A stretch of 64,000 nucleotides of DNA, from positions 45,050 through 109,049 of the forward strand of contig CAIPBM010000028.1 of assembly GCA_903863295.1 (NCBI GenBank), written 5' to 3'. The translations under genes and the position numbers were made by a program. A model generated the notes under the pieces. The model did not search any database. It was not told where the DNA came from and worked only from the letters and a program-made list of their open reading frames with translations. Shown piece after piece: positions 36,893 to 45,689 of the stretch. The DNA is from an uncultured Verrucomicrobiota bacterium. Lineage in GTDB: Bacteria > Verrucomicrobiota > Verrucomicrobiia > Methylacidiphilales > UBA1321. Numbering within the stretch: the stretch's first letter is position 1; each line of letters begins with the position of its first letter.

Positions 36893-39154
36893 ATGCGCTC
36901 ACTCCTCATCGCTCTCGGCCTCTTGGGTTGTTTCCCGGTACGGGCCGAGGCGAATTCCGCTTCTTCGGATCCGGGTCTGGTGGCCAACGTCGATATCTTG
37001 CAGGGAACAGACTCCGCGGGCCATAACTCCCGCGGCAATACCTTGCCCTTGACGGGTATGCCCTGGGGCATGGTGAATTGGTCGATCCAGAACGGCGACG
37101 GGGCCTGGTACTTCCACCCGACCGGCAAGATCAACGGTTTCCGGGCCACGCATCAGCCAAGCCCCTGGATCATGGATTACGGTCAGTTCGTGCTCATGCC
37201 CCAGTCCGGAGAGTTGCAGATTGCGACAGCAGCGCGCACCACCGACTACGATATGGGTACGGCTCTCCTCCGGCCGGATTACGAAAAGCTCGATCTCAAG
37301 ACCGCGGGTATCACGGTGGAACTAACCGGCACGGAACGTTGTGGTGTTTTCCGCCTCAACTACCAGACCGCAAACCTCGGGCGTCTCGTTCTCAATACGT
37401 TTGGCCCGGGAGAAATCAAAATCGAAGGTCGGAACATTTACGGAATCAGTACTCAAAATCGTGGAGGGGTCTCCAAGAATTTCGCTTCCTACTTTGTCAT
37501 CCAATTGGATCGGGACATGGTGAAAAGTGAAGTCGTGCCTCCCGTGGTTCCCCCGAACTCGGGAAAAAGCCATCATCAGGCCAAGGAATTGGATGCTTAC
37601 GTCGAATTCAAAACTTCGCCGGACGATCCCGTCCTCGTCAAAATCGGAACGTCCTTCATCAGTTGGAAGCAGGCGGAACAAAATCTCCTCGCCGAGACGT
37701 CAGGAAGTTTTGAAAAGGTCCATGACCGTGTTCTTGCCACCTGGAACGCCAACCTCGGCAAGGTCACCATTGAGGCCAGTGACGAGCAAAAGCGTGTCTT
37801 CTACAGCTGCCTCTACCGCGCCCAGATGTTCCCGCATCGTCTTTACGAAATTGATGCCACTGGAAAGGCAATTCACTACAGCCCCTACGATGGGAACATC
37901 CACGACGGCGTTCTCTATGGCGACATCGGCATCTGGGACGCGTTCCGGACGACCTTTCCCTTCATCACCCTGATTTACCCCGCGCAATTGTCTGAAATCC
38001 TGCAAGGCTTCGTCAATGCGGCGAAGGAAGGAAATGGCACGCTTCCGGAATGGCCCAGCCCCGGCTATCGACGCTGCATGATTGGCCAGCATTGCGCCGC
38101 GATCTTTGCGGACGCCGCCGCGAAAGGAATCACGAATTTTGACTTGGCGTCGGCTTACGAATCCCTGCGAAAAAGTGCCTTTGAGCCCCCTACCCAGGGC
38201 GAAATGGTGCGCGATGGTCTGGCCGATTATCTCAAGCTTGGTTATACCCCGGATACGGTGCGGTACTCGGTCTCGACCACGCTCGATTACGCCTACGACG
38301 ACTGGTGCGTCGCCCAGCTTGCCCTCCGGCTGAATCATCCGGAAATCGCCAAGACTCTCCTGGCGCGGGCGCAAAATTACCGGAACCTCTGGGATCCCGG
38401 CGTCGGCTTCATGCGCGCGAAGAATGCGGAGGGCCAGTGGATCGAACCCTTTGACCCCTTCGCCTGGGGCGGTCCCTATGCGGAATCGGGCCCTTGGCAA
38501 TCGAGCTGGTTTGTGCCCCACGATCCGCTTGGATTGACCGGACTCCTCGGAGGAAAACCGGCCTTCATCGCGAAGCTCGATCAACTTTTCAGCCTTCCCC
38601 CCACCTTTCATTACGGTGGCTACCGCACTCAAATTCACGAGATGGAAGAGATGTCCGCGCTCAATTTCGGGCAATGCGCCCTGAACAATCAGCCCTCCTT
38701 TTCCATTCCATATCTTTACGCAGCTATCGGTGAACCGGCAAAGACCCAGTACTGGACCCGCCGGGCCTGCGCGGAGCTTTTCCATGCAACTCCCCGCGGT
38801 TTTCCCGGCGATGAAGACAATGGTTCCTTGGCCAGTTGGTACCTTTTCAGTTCCATCGGCCTTTATCCCTTTTGCCCCGGTTCAACCCAGTATCTCCTGA
38901 CCAGCCCGGTTTTCTCCAAGATCACCCTTGATCTTGCCGGCAACAAAACACTCCTCATCACGGCCAACGGCAACAGCGAAAAGAATGTCTATATTCAGCG
39001 GCTCAAATTCAACGGCGCTCCCGTCACGAAAACCTGGATCAGTCACCAGCAACTCATTAATGGAGGTTTGCTTGAGTTTGAAATGGGGCCTGAGCCCGTC
39101 ACGGGCAAACTCGACGAGTCAGATTTGCTCAATTCAGCCTCCCCCAAAGAATGA
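36893..39154 (+). CDS. Glycoside hydrolase family 92 (alpha-1,2-mannosidase-like), secreted
   Basis: Signal peptide MRSLLIALGLLGCFPVRAEA. GH92 N-terminal block VDILQGTDSAGHNSRGNTLPLTGMPWGMVNWS. Conserved central and C-terminal GH92 blocks. Total 753 aa. Confidence 0.85.
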   Translation: MRSLLIALGLLGCFPVRAEANSASSDPGLVANVDILQGTDSAGHNSRGNTLPLTGMPWGMVNWSIQNGDGAWYFHPTGKINGFRATHQPSPWIMDYGQFVLMPQSGELQIATAARTTDYDMGTALLRPDYEKLDLKTAGITVELTGTERCGVFRLNYQTANLGRLVLNTFGPGEIKIEGRNIYGISTQNRGGVSKNFASYFVIQLDRDMVKSEVVPPVVPPNSGKSHHQAKELDAYVEFKTSPDDPVLVKIGTSFISWKQAEQNLLAETSGSFEKVHDRVLATWNANLGKVTIEASDEQKRVFYSCLYRAQMFPHRLYEIDATGKAIHYSPYDGNIHDGVLYGDIGIWDAFRTTFPFITLIYPAQLSEILQGFVNAAKEGNGTLPEWPSPGYRRCMIGQHCAAIFADAAAKGITNFDLASAYESLRKSAFEPPTQGEMVRDGLADYLKLGYTPDTVRYSVSTTLDYAYDDWCVAQLALRLNHPEIAKTLLARAQNYRNLWDPGVGFMRAKNAEGQWIEPFDPFAWGGPYAESGPWQSSWFVPHDPLGLTGLLGGKPAFIAKLDQLFSLPPTFHYGGYRTQIHEMEEMSALNFGQCALNNQPSFSIPYLYAAIGEPAKTQYWTRRACAELFHATPRGFPGDEDNGSLASWYLFSSIGLYPFCPGSTQYLLTSPVFSKITLDLAGNKTLLITANGNSEKNVYIQRLKFNGAPVTKTWISHQQLINGGLLEFEMGPEPVTGKLDESDLLNSASPKE

Positions 39155-40710
39155 GCGATCAGCCCCAATGGCCACGACTCTCCTGGCTAACGTTTTCCGT
39201 TTATGTCCTGGCGTTCTCCGGCTGGGTGAACCCAGCGTGGGCCGATCCCTTGTCGTGGGTGACTCAGGACCATCAGGGACACCTCCTTTATCAAACCGAC
39301 AATCGAGGCAACCGGATACCCGATTTTTCTCACGCAGGGTATGGTGGCGGAGGCATCGCTCTGCCGGATGTTCCCACCCAAAAGCGGGTGAATCCCTCCG
39401 GGGAAGATGACACCTCCGCGATCCAGGCGGCGCTGGACGAGGTCGCCGCGTTGCCGCTCAAGGAGCGTTTTCGAGGAGCGGTGCTCCTCAGCTCCGGAAC
39501 CTTCCATTGCGCCAAAACGTTGACCCTCTCCCAATCGGGAGTTGTGCTGCGTGGTTCGGGCTCGGGAGAGAACGGAACCATCATTGAGATGACCGGTCCC
39601 CCTCATCTTTGTCTCCAGATTCTGGGGCACGAGATGAAGCCACCTGTCCTCGACCCAGCGAAAGGTTTGGAAATCCTGGATTCCTATGTCCCGGTGGGAA
39701 CCCAGGACGTCACGGTTAAGGACACTTCCGGGTTGAAAAAAGGTGATCGGATGATCATCGAACGCAAGCTCACCTCTGAGTGGATTCACTCCCTGGGAAT
39801 GGACACGCTCGTTCGCGATGGCAAACCTCAAACCTGGATCAAACCAGACCAGGTGGTCACTTATGAACGTACGATAGAATCGATCAAAGGCCGGCAAATC
39901 CACTTCGATCTTCCCATGCCCGACGTCATCGACGCGCGGCTCATGTCGCCCGAAACTCTGAAAGTTTTTAAGGTCAATCCCGAGGAGCCACATCTTTCGC
40001 AATGTGGAATCGAATCGCTCCAAATCCATTCACCACCCCCGGCTGGCATCCTCACCGCCCCAAACCATCATGCGATTCTTCTCAACAACTGCGAGGACTG
40101 CTGGATCAGGGACGTGACCATGAACGATGTTTTGACCAATGTTCAGGTTCTTGAGGGCAGTCGTCGCATCACCATCGAGAACGTGAACGCTTTTCACTCA
40201 GCCACCGTGGTAGGCGGAAAAGGGGCTTCGGCTGATTTCATGCTGAGGGGCTCCCAGGTGTTGCTCGACCGCTCCTCCTCCACCGGGCACGGCTCATTCT
40301 TTGTCGCCACCGCGGAAACCGGCTCTGTCTTGAATGTTGTCTTGAATTGTCATTTTTATGGGGTCGGTGGGATTCAGCCCCACATGCGCTGGTCAACGAC
40401 TTTGCTGGCAGACAATTGCCAACTCCCCCAAGGGAAGATTGCTTACCACAACCGGGGTTTTGCCGGATCAGGCCAAGGATGGGCCATCGCCTGGGGCGTG
40501 GTCTGGAATTGTACCGCAAGTCTCTATAAGATCGCCTCGCCTCCCGGTGCGCTCAACTGGTGTATCGGGTGCCAAGGGGGACTTGATAAAAAACTTGGCC
40601 TCACGGAAGGCTATGTCTCCTTTGGCAAGCCCGTGCTGCCGCAAAGTCTCTACCTGGCCCAATTACGGGATCGCCTGGGCGACCAAGCTCTGAAAAATAT
40701 GGGCTATTAG
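39151..40710 (+). CDS. Secreted beta-helix protein, pectate-lyase-superfamily-like (paralog A)
   Basis: ATGA overlap with the GH92 stop. Signal peptide. Block DFSHAGYGGGGIALPDV ... EDDTSAIQAALDEVAAL ... LSSGTFHCAKTLTLSQSGVVLRGSGSG resembles the Pectate_lyase_3 start. Strongly similar to the convergent downstream gene. Confidence 0.6.
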   Translation: MSDQPQWPRLSWLTFSVYVLAFSGWVNPAWADPLSWVTQDHQGHLLYQTDNRGNRIPDFSHAGYGGGGIALPDVPTQKRVNPSGEDDTSAIQAALDEVAALPLKERFRGAVLLSSGTFHCAKTLTLSQSGVVLRGSGSGENGTIIEMTGPPHLCLQILGHEMKPPVLDPAKGLEILDSYVPVGTQDVTVKDTSGLKKGDRMIIERKLTSEWIHSLGMDTLVRDGKPQTWIKPDQVVTYERTIESIKGRQIHFDLPMPDVIDARLMSPETLKVFKVNPEEPHLSQCGIESLQIHSPPPAGILTAPNHHAILLNNCEDCWIRDVTMNDVLTNVQVLEGSRRITIENVNAFHSATVVGGKGASADFMLRGSQVLLDRSSSTGHGSFFVATAETGSVLNVVLNCHFYGVGGIQPHMRWSTTLLADNCQLPQGKIAYHNRGFAGSGQGWAIAWGVVWNCTASLYKIASPPGALNWCIGCQGGLDKKLGLTEGYVSFGKPVLPQSLYLAQLRDRLGDQALKNMGY

Positions 40711-42287
40711 TAGCCGATATTTTTTAAGGCCACATCTCCCAGGCGCTCATGAAGCTGGGCGAGATAAAGGCTCTTGGGGAGGACCGGCGTTCCGAACGAA
40801 ATAAAACCGTCATTCAATCCCGTTTTTTGATCGGCCGCGCCCTTGCATCCGATGCACCAGTTGATCGCCCCCGGCGGCTGCTGGATGTTGAAAATTTTCG
40901 CCGTGCAATTCCAGACCACGCCCCAACTCATCGCCCAGCCATGTCCCGATCCGGCCGTACCGCGATTGATATACTCAATTTTTCCGTCAGGAACGTTGCA
41001 ACTATCCACCAGCAGCGCCGTCGACCAACGCGCATGCGGTTGGATCGCCCCGCCATCGCCATCCACACCATAGAAATTACAATTCAGCACCACGTTCAGG
41101 TTCGATTCCGTGTTCGCCGTGGCAACGTAGAAGGAGCCGTGTCCGGTGGATGAGGAGCGATCCAGTAGAATCTGCGTTCCGCGAATCGTGTAGTCCGCCG
41201 GATAGCCCGCCCCCTTGCTCACCGTCGCGGTATGAAAAGCATTGGCGCCCTCAATCGTCACCCGTCGTGCGCTGCCCAGGACATCGATATTCTGCAACGT
41301 GTCCCTCATCACGACATCCTTCACCCAGCAATCCTCACAGTTGTTGATCGAGATGGCGTGATTATTTTTTGTCGTCAGCGTTCCCGATGGGGGAGGGGAA
41401 TTGATCTGGAGCGATTCAATCCCACACTGCGCCAGGCGTGGCTCAACGGTTTTGCCGAGCTTGAAAACCTTGGCGCTGTCTGGCGCCAGAAGCTGCGCGT
41501 CGATCGCATCAGGCATGGGGATATCAAAGCTGATCTTGTTTCCATCGACAGCGCGCACCGTCCGCTCGTAGGTCATCACCTGGTCAAGATGGATCCACGT
41601 CTGCGGCTTGCCGTCGCGCACCAGAGTGTCCATGCCCAGCGAATGAATCCACGCGGCGGTGAATTTTCGCTCGATAAGAATGTGATCACCCGCGGCAAGA
41701 CTGGAGGCATCCGCCACCGTGACGGAAACCGTGCCCTCCGGGACATACGTATCCGTAATGGCGATGCCTTGGGAGGGATCAAGCTGGGGACGGGCAATAT
41801 TCTTCCCGTTGATTTCAAGGCAGAGATGCGGATCCCCGGTCATCTCAATGATGGTGCCTTTGTCCCCGGATCCCGAGCCGCGCAGGACAATTCCGGATTG
41901 AGAAAGGGTCAACGGTTTCGCGCAGTGAAATGTGCCCGCACTGAGAAGTACCGTTCCTCGAAACCCGTTGGTCAGCGGCAGCGCGGCGACTTCATCCAGG
42001 GCCGCTTGAATCGCGCCGCTGTCATCGTCTCCGGCGGGGGCGACCGTTTTTTTCACGGGAACATCCGGTAGCGCCACGCCGCCTCCCGCATAACCCGCGC
42101 ACGAAAAGTCGGGAATCGTATCGCCCTTGGCCGTGGCTTGATAGTGGAGATGCCCCTGATCGTCCTGGCTCACCCACTGCGTCGGTGCCGAATCGGCGAA
42201 GGCCTGGGTCGCCATGCCCAGACAGCATGCGGCCGGGAGATAGCGTCGAAGCACGGTTACGGGAACAAAGCGGGGAATGGTCATCAT
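40707..42287 (-). CDS. Secreted beta-helix protein, pectate-lyase-superfamily-like (paralog B)
   Basis: Collinear with paralog A along its whole length. Shared blocks include DFSCAGYAGGGVALPDV, DDDSGAIQAALDEVAALPL, LSAGTFHCAKPLTLSQSG, WIHSLGMDTLVRDGKPQTWI, QCGIESLQI and the ending LYLAQLHERLGDVALKNIGY. Its stop codon overlaps paralog A's stop. Confidence 0.6.
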   Translation of the reverse strand: MMTIPRFVPVTVLRRYLPAACCLGMATQAFADSAPTQWVSQDDQGHLHYQATAKGDTIPDFSCAGYAGGGVALPDVPVKKTVAPAGDDDSGAIQAALDEVAALPLTNGFRGTVLLSAGTFHCAKPLTLSQSGIVLRGSGSGDKGTIIEMTGDPHLCLEINGKNIARPQLDPSQGIAITDTYVPEGTVSVTVADASSLAAGDHILIERKFTAAWIHSLGMDTLVRDGKPQTWIHLDQVMTYERTVRAVDGNKISFDIPMPDAIDAQLLAPDSAKVFKLGKTVEPRLAQCGIESLQINSPPPSGTLTTKNNHAISINNCEDCWVKDVVMRDTLQNIDVLGSARRVTIEGANAFHTATVSKGAGYPADYTIRGTQILLDRSSSTGHGSFYVATANTESNLNVVLNCNFYGVDGDGGAIQPHARWSTALLVDSCNVPDGKIEYINRGTAGSGHGWAMSWGVVWNCTAKIFNIQQPPGAINWCIGCKGAADQKTGLNDGFISFGTPVLPKSLYLAQLHERLGDVALKNIGY

Positions 42288-42386
42288 GGAGAAATATCGA
42301 TTGATTTAAACGGGGAGGGTAGGGAAGAAACCCCAAGCGCCTCTTGAAGTTGTGGATATTTGTGATTATTCATAAAATAAATCGAG

Positions 42387-42392
42387 TATAAT
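42387..42392 (+). promoter_or_regulatory. Consensus -10 hexamer TATAAT in the AT-rich region upstream of the orphan pilin gene
   Basis: GAGTATAATCT lies 77 nt upstream of the pilin start. The -35 is weak (TTATTC/TGTGAT). Confidence 0.3.
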
Positions 42393-42468
42393 CTCAGGAA
42401 TTATTCATTTTTCTTGCGCTATTTGCGGTTCATGCTACTTTTCGAATAGAAAGTAACCCGCGATTCCG

Positions 42469-42987
42469 ATGCCCACGTCTCCGTTCACCCTGAAGATTTC
42501 CCGCCGCAGTCGGGCAGGCTTCTCGCTCACGGAAGTCGCGGTGGCCTTGGCCATCGCCTCATTTTGCCTTACCTCCATCGTGGGTATGATTCCCGTCGGT
42601 TTGCTGGCCAACCAAGCCGCCAGCGGCCAAACCGTCACCAACGGCATCGTCTCTTCCGTCGTTGCAGATTTGCGTGGGGCACCCCTCCCGACCACCGCCA
42701 CGCCCACGCCGACATCCCTCCAGTATTCGATACCCATTCCGGCCAATTCAAAGACATCCACGTCCAGCCTCTTCTTTGCCACGGACGGCTCCTTCAGCTC
42801 GACCCAGCAAAAGAACTCCGTCTATATGGTAGTCGTTAGTTTCTTGAACAACGGCGCCACCGCCACGACGGATAAAACCAGCACCTTTGCCAACATCAGC
42901 ATCAACTGGCCCATTCCTCCTGCGGCCACGACGGCCTCCAAGTGCGCCAATAGCTACCAGACTTTCATCGCGCTCGATCGAAGCTGA
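42469..42987 (+). CDS. Prepilin-type N-terminal cleavage/methylation domain protein (172 aa pilin/pseudopilin)
   Basis: RSRAGFSLTEVAVALAIASFCLTSIVGMIPV carries the canonical G|FSLTE class III signal with Glu5. Thr/Ser-rich globular part. Not adjacent to the other pilin genes. Confidence 0.65.
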   Translation: MPTSPFTLKISRRSRAGFSLTEVAVALAIASFCLTSIVGMIPVGLLANQAASGQTVTNGIVSSVVADLRGAPLPTTATPTPTSLQYSIPIPANSKTSTSSLFFATDGSFSSTQQKNSVYMVVVSFLNNGATATTDKTSTFANISINWPIPPAATTASKCANSYQTFIALDRS

Positions 42988-43007
42988 GACAGTTCGGGGC
43001 TTTGGCT

Positions 43008-44264
43008 TCAGGTCCCTCCTCCGGGATGACCTTTAATTTCCTTTTTAACTGGGGCGTGCGTTTCGGGCATCGCCACATAGAGAAGGACGAAAGCCGCTGC
43101 GGCAGTTGTGGCTAGAAAAAGAAAGCCCGCATTATAGCCAAAATGGTGGACGATTCCCCCGGCAATAAGCTGGCTGAGTGAGGCGCCGATGCCCACGGCG
43201 GTCGTGATCGCACCGAGGGTCAGGTTAAACCGGCCAGTGCCGGTGGTCAGGTCAGCGATGACGAGCACCGAGACGACGCCAAAGATTCCGGCTCCCACGC
43301 CGTCGAGAACCTGGATCGCAATGAGATAGGAGGTCTTGGTCGTCAGCGTGTAAAGCAAACCACGAACAGGCAGCACGGCAAACGCAAGGAGCAGGAGCGG
43401 CTTGCGGCCCCAGGAACCAGCCTTGCGCCCAGACCAGGATGCGAGTAGGACGATGACCATCTGTGTGGTGACGACACAGGCGGACATAAACATCATCGAA
43501 CTCTTGCCTTGTCCCTTGGCCAGCATCTCCCCCAGCAGCGGTAACATCGCGGCATTGGCAAAGTGAAACATCACGGCGCAGGCCAGGAAAATAACGAGCG
43601 GGCGGTGCCGGAAAAGCTCCATGATCACCGAAGGGTTCACCTCTTTATTTTTCTCCTGTGCGCCCCTGGCCAGGTCGTAATCGATTTCCTCCGGCCGGAT
43701 GAGCAAAAGCGTGAGGATCGTCGGGAGGGCGAGGACGATCACGAAGAGGAAAATCCCGCGATTGGAAATGTAATAGCCGATAAGTCCCATGCAGACGGCG
43801 GCGAAGACATTGCCTGCGGAATTGAAGGTCTGGTTTCTTCCCTGGCGACGGTCGAACAAAGAGTGTCCGACGATGCCAAGCGAAATGGCACAGATGGCAG
43901 GGACAAAGATGCTGGACGTCCCGCCAATCAAACCCTGCGCGATCATCACGGGCCAAAAGGAGGGAAAGAGGGCGATCATCGCCGCGCCCAGGGCGAGAAA
44001 CAGAACGCCACCCGCGATCAAGGTGCGCTTGGATTGCAAGCGATCAACCAGCGCACCAGCCGGGGTCTGCGTCATGATGCCCGCGATGCCACCCACCGTC
44101 AGAGCCATGCCCACCGACTGCTCGTTCCAGTGATAGCCGGAGAGGTAAATCGCCAGGAACGGCCCGACACCCGTCTGGACATCGGCAAGAAAGAAGTTAA
44201 GCCAGTCGAGACCACGCAGGGTTCGTTGCGTGGGTGTCTTTATTGCACAGGATTGAGTGGCCAT
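43008..44264 (-). CDS. MFS transporter
   Basis: Twelve TM helices. MFS-type loop between TM2 and TM3 (GALVDRLQSKRT). Duplicated 6-TM architecture. Confidence 0.75.
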   Translation of the reverse strand: MATQSCAIKTPTQRTLRGLDWLNFFLADVQTGVGPFLAIYLSGYHWNEQSVGMALTVGGIAGIMTQTPAGALVDRLQSKRTLIAGGVLFLALGAAMIALFPSFWPVMIAQGLIGGTSSIFVPAICAISLGIVGHSLFDRRQGRNQTFNSAGNVFAAVCMGLIGYYISNRGIFLFVIVLALPTILTLLLIRPEEIDYDLARGAQEKNKEVNPSVIMELFRHRPLVIFLACAVMFHFANAAMLPLLGEMLAKGQGKSSMMFMSACVVTTQMVIVLLASWSGRKAGSWGRKPLLLLAFAVLPVRGLLYTLTTKTSYLIAIQVLDGVGAGIFGVVSVLVIADLTTGTGRFNLTLGAITTAVGIGASLSQLIAGGIVHHFGYNAGFLFLATTAAAAFVLLYVAMPETHAPVKKEIKGHPGGGT

Positions 44265-44526
44265 TTTTTCCTCCGGAGGCAGGCGGGGAGTGTCCCTAGC
44301 TTAATCCACAAAGCACGGGTCGGCTTTGCCAAAGTGCTTTTTAGGTTACCCGCTTTCCGAGGAGCGTTTGGACGAATCGAGCAAGTGATGCAATACGCCC
44401 GATAACCGGTTGGGAAGCCGCGAAGTGCGGGCGGTTGGATGTCATCCTTATGGAATGGTTACGCTGCTTTAAGAGGAGGAATCCAAGTTGCGGTGAGGTG
44501 GCATCGCGCATGCAGAAAGTCTTCTT

Positions 44527-45630
44527 ATGAATTCCTCTCGTTGGTTTTCGGCGTATGGTCTCGCCGCAGCTTTGGTGTTGGTCACTTCACATGCCTTGGC
44601 TCAGGTTTCCATCTCCATCGACGTGGCCCCACCGCCACTTGCTGTCTATGAACAACCGCCTTGTCCCGGAGACGACTTCATTTGGACGCCCGGTTACTGG
44701 GCCTACGGCGATGAGGGTTACTACTGGGTACCCGGCGCCTGGGTGCAACCGCCGGAGATCAACGTTTATTGGACGCCTGCTTACTGGGGATGGGGCGGAG
44801 ATGCCTATGTCTTCCATCAGGGCTACTGGGGCCCGACTGTGGGATTCTATGGAGGCGTCAATTATGGCTATGGTTACGGGGGACGCGGTTACGGCGGCGG
44901 TCGCTGGGATCATAATCACTTCGCCTATAACACAGCAGTGAACAACGTTTCCGCGAACAACGTGCATAACACCTACGTGGATCGTTCGGTGGTGAATAAT
45001 GCTTCCGCCAACAACACCAGCTACAATGGCGGTAAAGGGGGCATTGCAGCTCAGCCCACGCCTGAAGAACGGCAGGTGGAGCAACAAAGGCATGTTCAGG
45101 CGACTGCCGAGCAACAATCCCACGAGCGCGCAGCCGCGCAGGATCGTAATCAGTTAGCCAAGGTCAATGGCGGCAAGCCTGCCACTCCCGCCGTGTCCCG
45201 GCCTGAAGCATATAGTCATGCTTCGTCACCGTCTCAGCCTGGTGCCCAGCAGGTTGATCACGCTCCTCAGCAGCCCGCGGTTGAACCTCAGCAGGTTAAT
45301 CATGCTCCGCAGCAATCTTCAGCTGAATCCCAGCAGGTTAAGAAGGAAAACCAAGTGGTTGAAAAGTCGAGTCCGGTGATTGAGAAAAAAGAGGCTCCCG
45401 TCAAGGAAACGCCTCAAGTCTCACCATTGGAACCGATCAAGCCAGGGGAAGCTATTCATCCCGCAAACGAATCAGCACCCAAGGAATCGCATCCGCCTGA
45501 AAACCACAGCTCTGCTCCGCCATCGCATGAAAACAAGCCGTCGGGTGCATCTGCCGGACCGAAACCGGAGTCAAAGCCTCAAATCACACCCGCTCCTTCC
45601 GCACCGAACAAACCCGATTCTCATCCGTAA
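44527..45630 (+). CDS. Secreted WxxGxW-repeat protein with a long Pro/Gln/Ser-rich C-terminal tail
   Basis: Signal peptide. Repeats WTPGYW, WVPGAW and WTPAYW fit W-x-x-G-x-W. Gly/Tyr-rich segment. The C-terminal half is low-complexity with tandem 14-aa repeats (QQVDHAPQQPAVEP / QQVNHAPQQSSAES). Confidence 0.6.
   Translation: MNSSRWFSAYGLAAALVLVTSHALAQVSISIDVAPPPLAVYEQPPCPGDDFIWTPGYWAYGDEGYYWVPGAWVQPPEINVYWTPAYWGWGGDAYVFHQGYWGPTVGFYGGVNYGYGYGGRGYGGGRWDHNHFAYNTAVNNVSANNVHNTYVDRSVVNNASANNTSYNGGKGGIAAQPTPEERQVEQQRHVQATAEQQSHERAAAQDRNQLAKVNGGKPATPAVSRPEAYSHASSPSQPGAQQVDHAPQQPAVEPQQVNHAPQQSSAESQQVKKENQVVEKSSPVIEKKEAPVKETPQVSPLEPIKPGEAIHPANESAPKESHPPENHSSAPPSHENKPSGASAGPKPESKPQITPAPSAPNKPDSHP
45247..45345 (+). 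repeat. 42-bp tandem repeat (about 2.3 copies) inside the WxxGxW-protein gene
   Basis: CAGCAGGTTGATCACGCTCCTCAGCAGCCCGCGGTTGAACCT, then CAGCAGGTTAATCATGCTCCGCAGCAATCTTCAGCTGAATCC, then CAGCAGGTTAAGAAGG. These encode the QQV(D/N)HAPQQ repeats. Confidence 0.7.
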
Positions 45631-45689
45631 CGGCCATGTGAGTCTCCTCCCTCTCTTGACTGTGAGGGAGGATGTCGAACCGTCTCGAT

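Noticed and set aside
37700-38785. 361-aa minus-strand ORF inside GH92
   Set aside because: It is antisense to conserved GH92 sequence.
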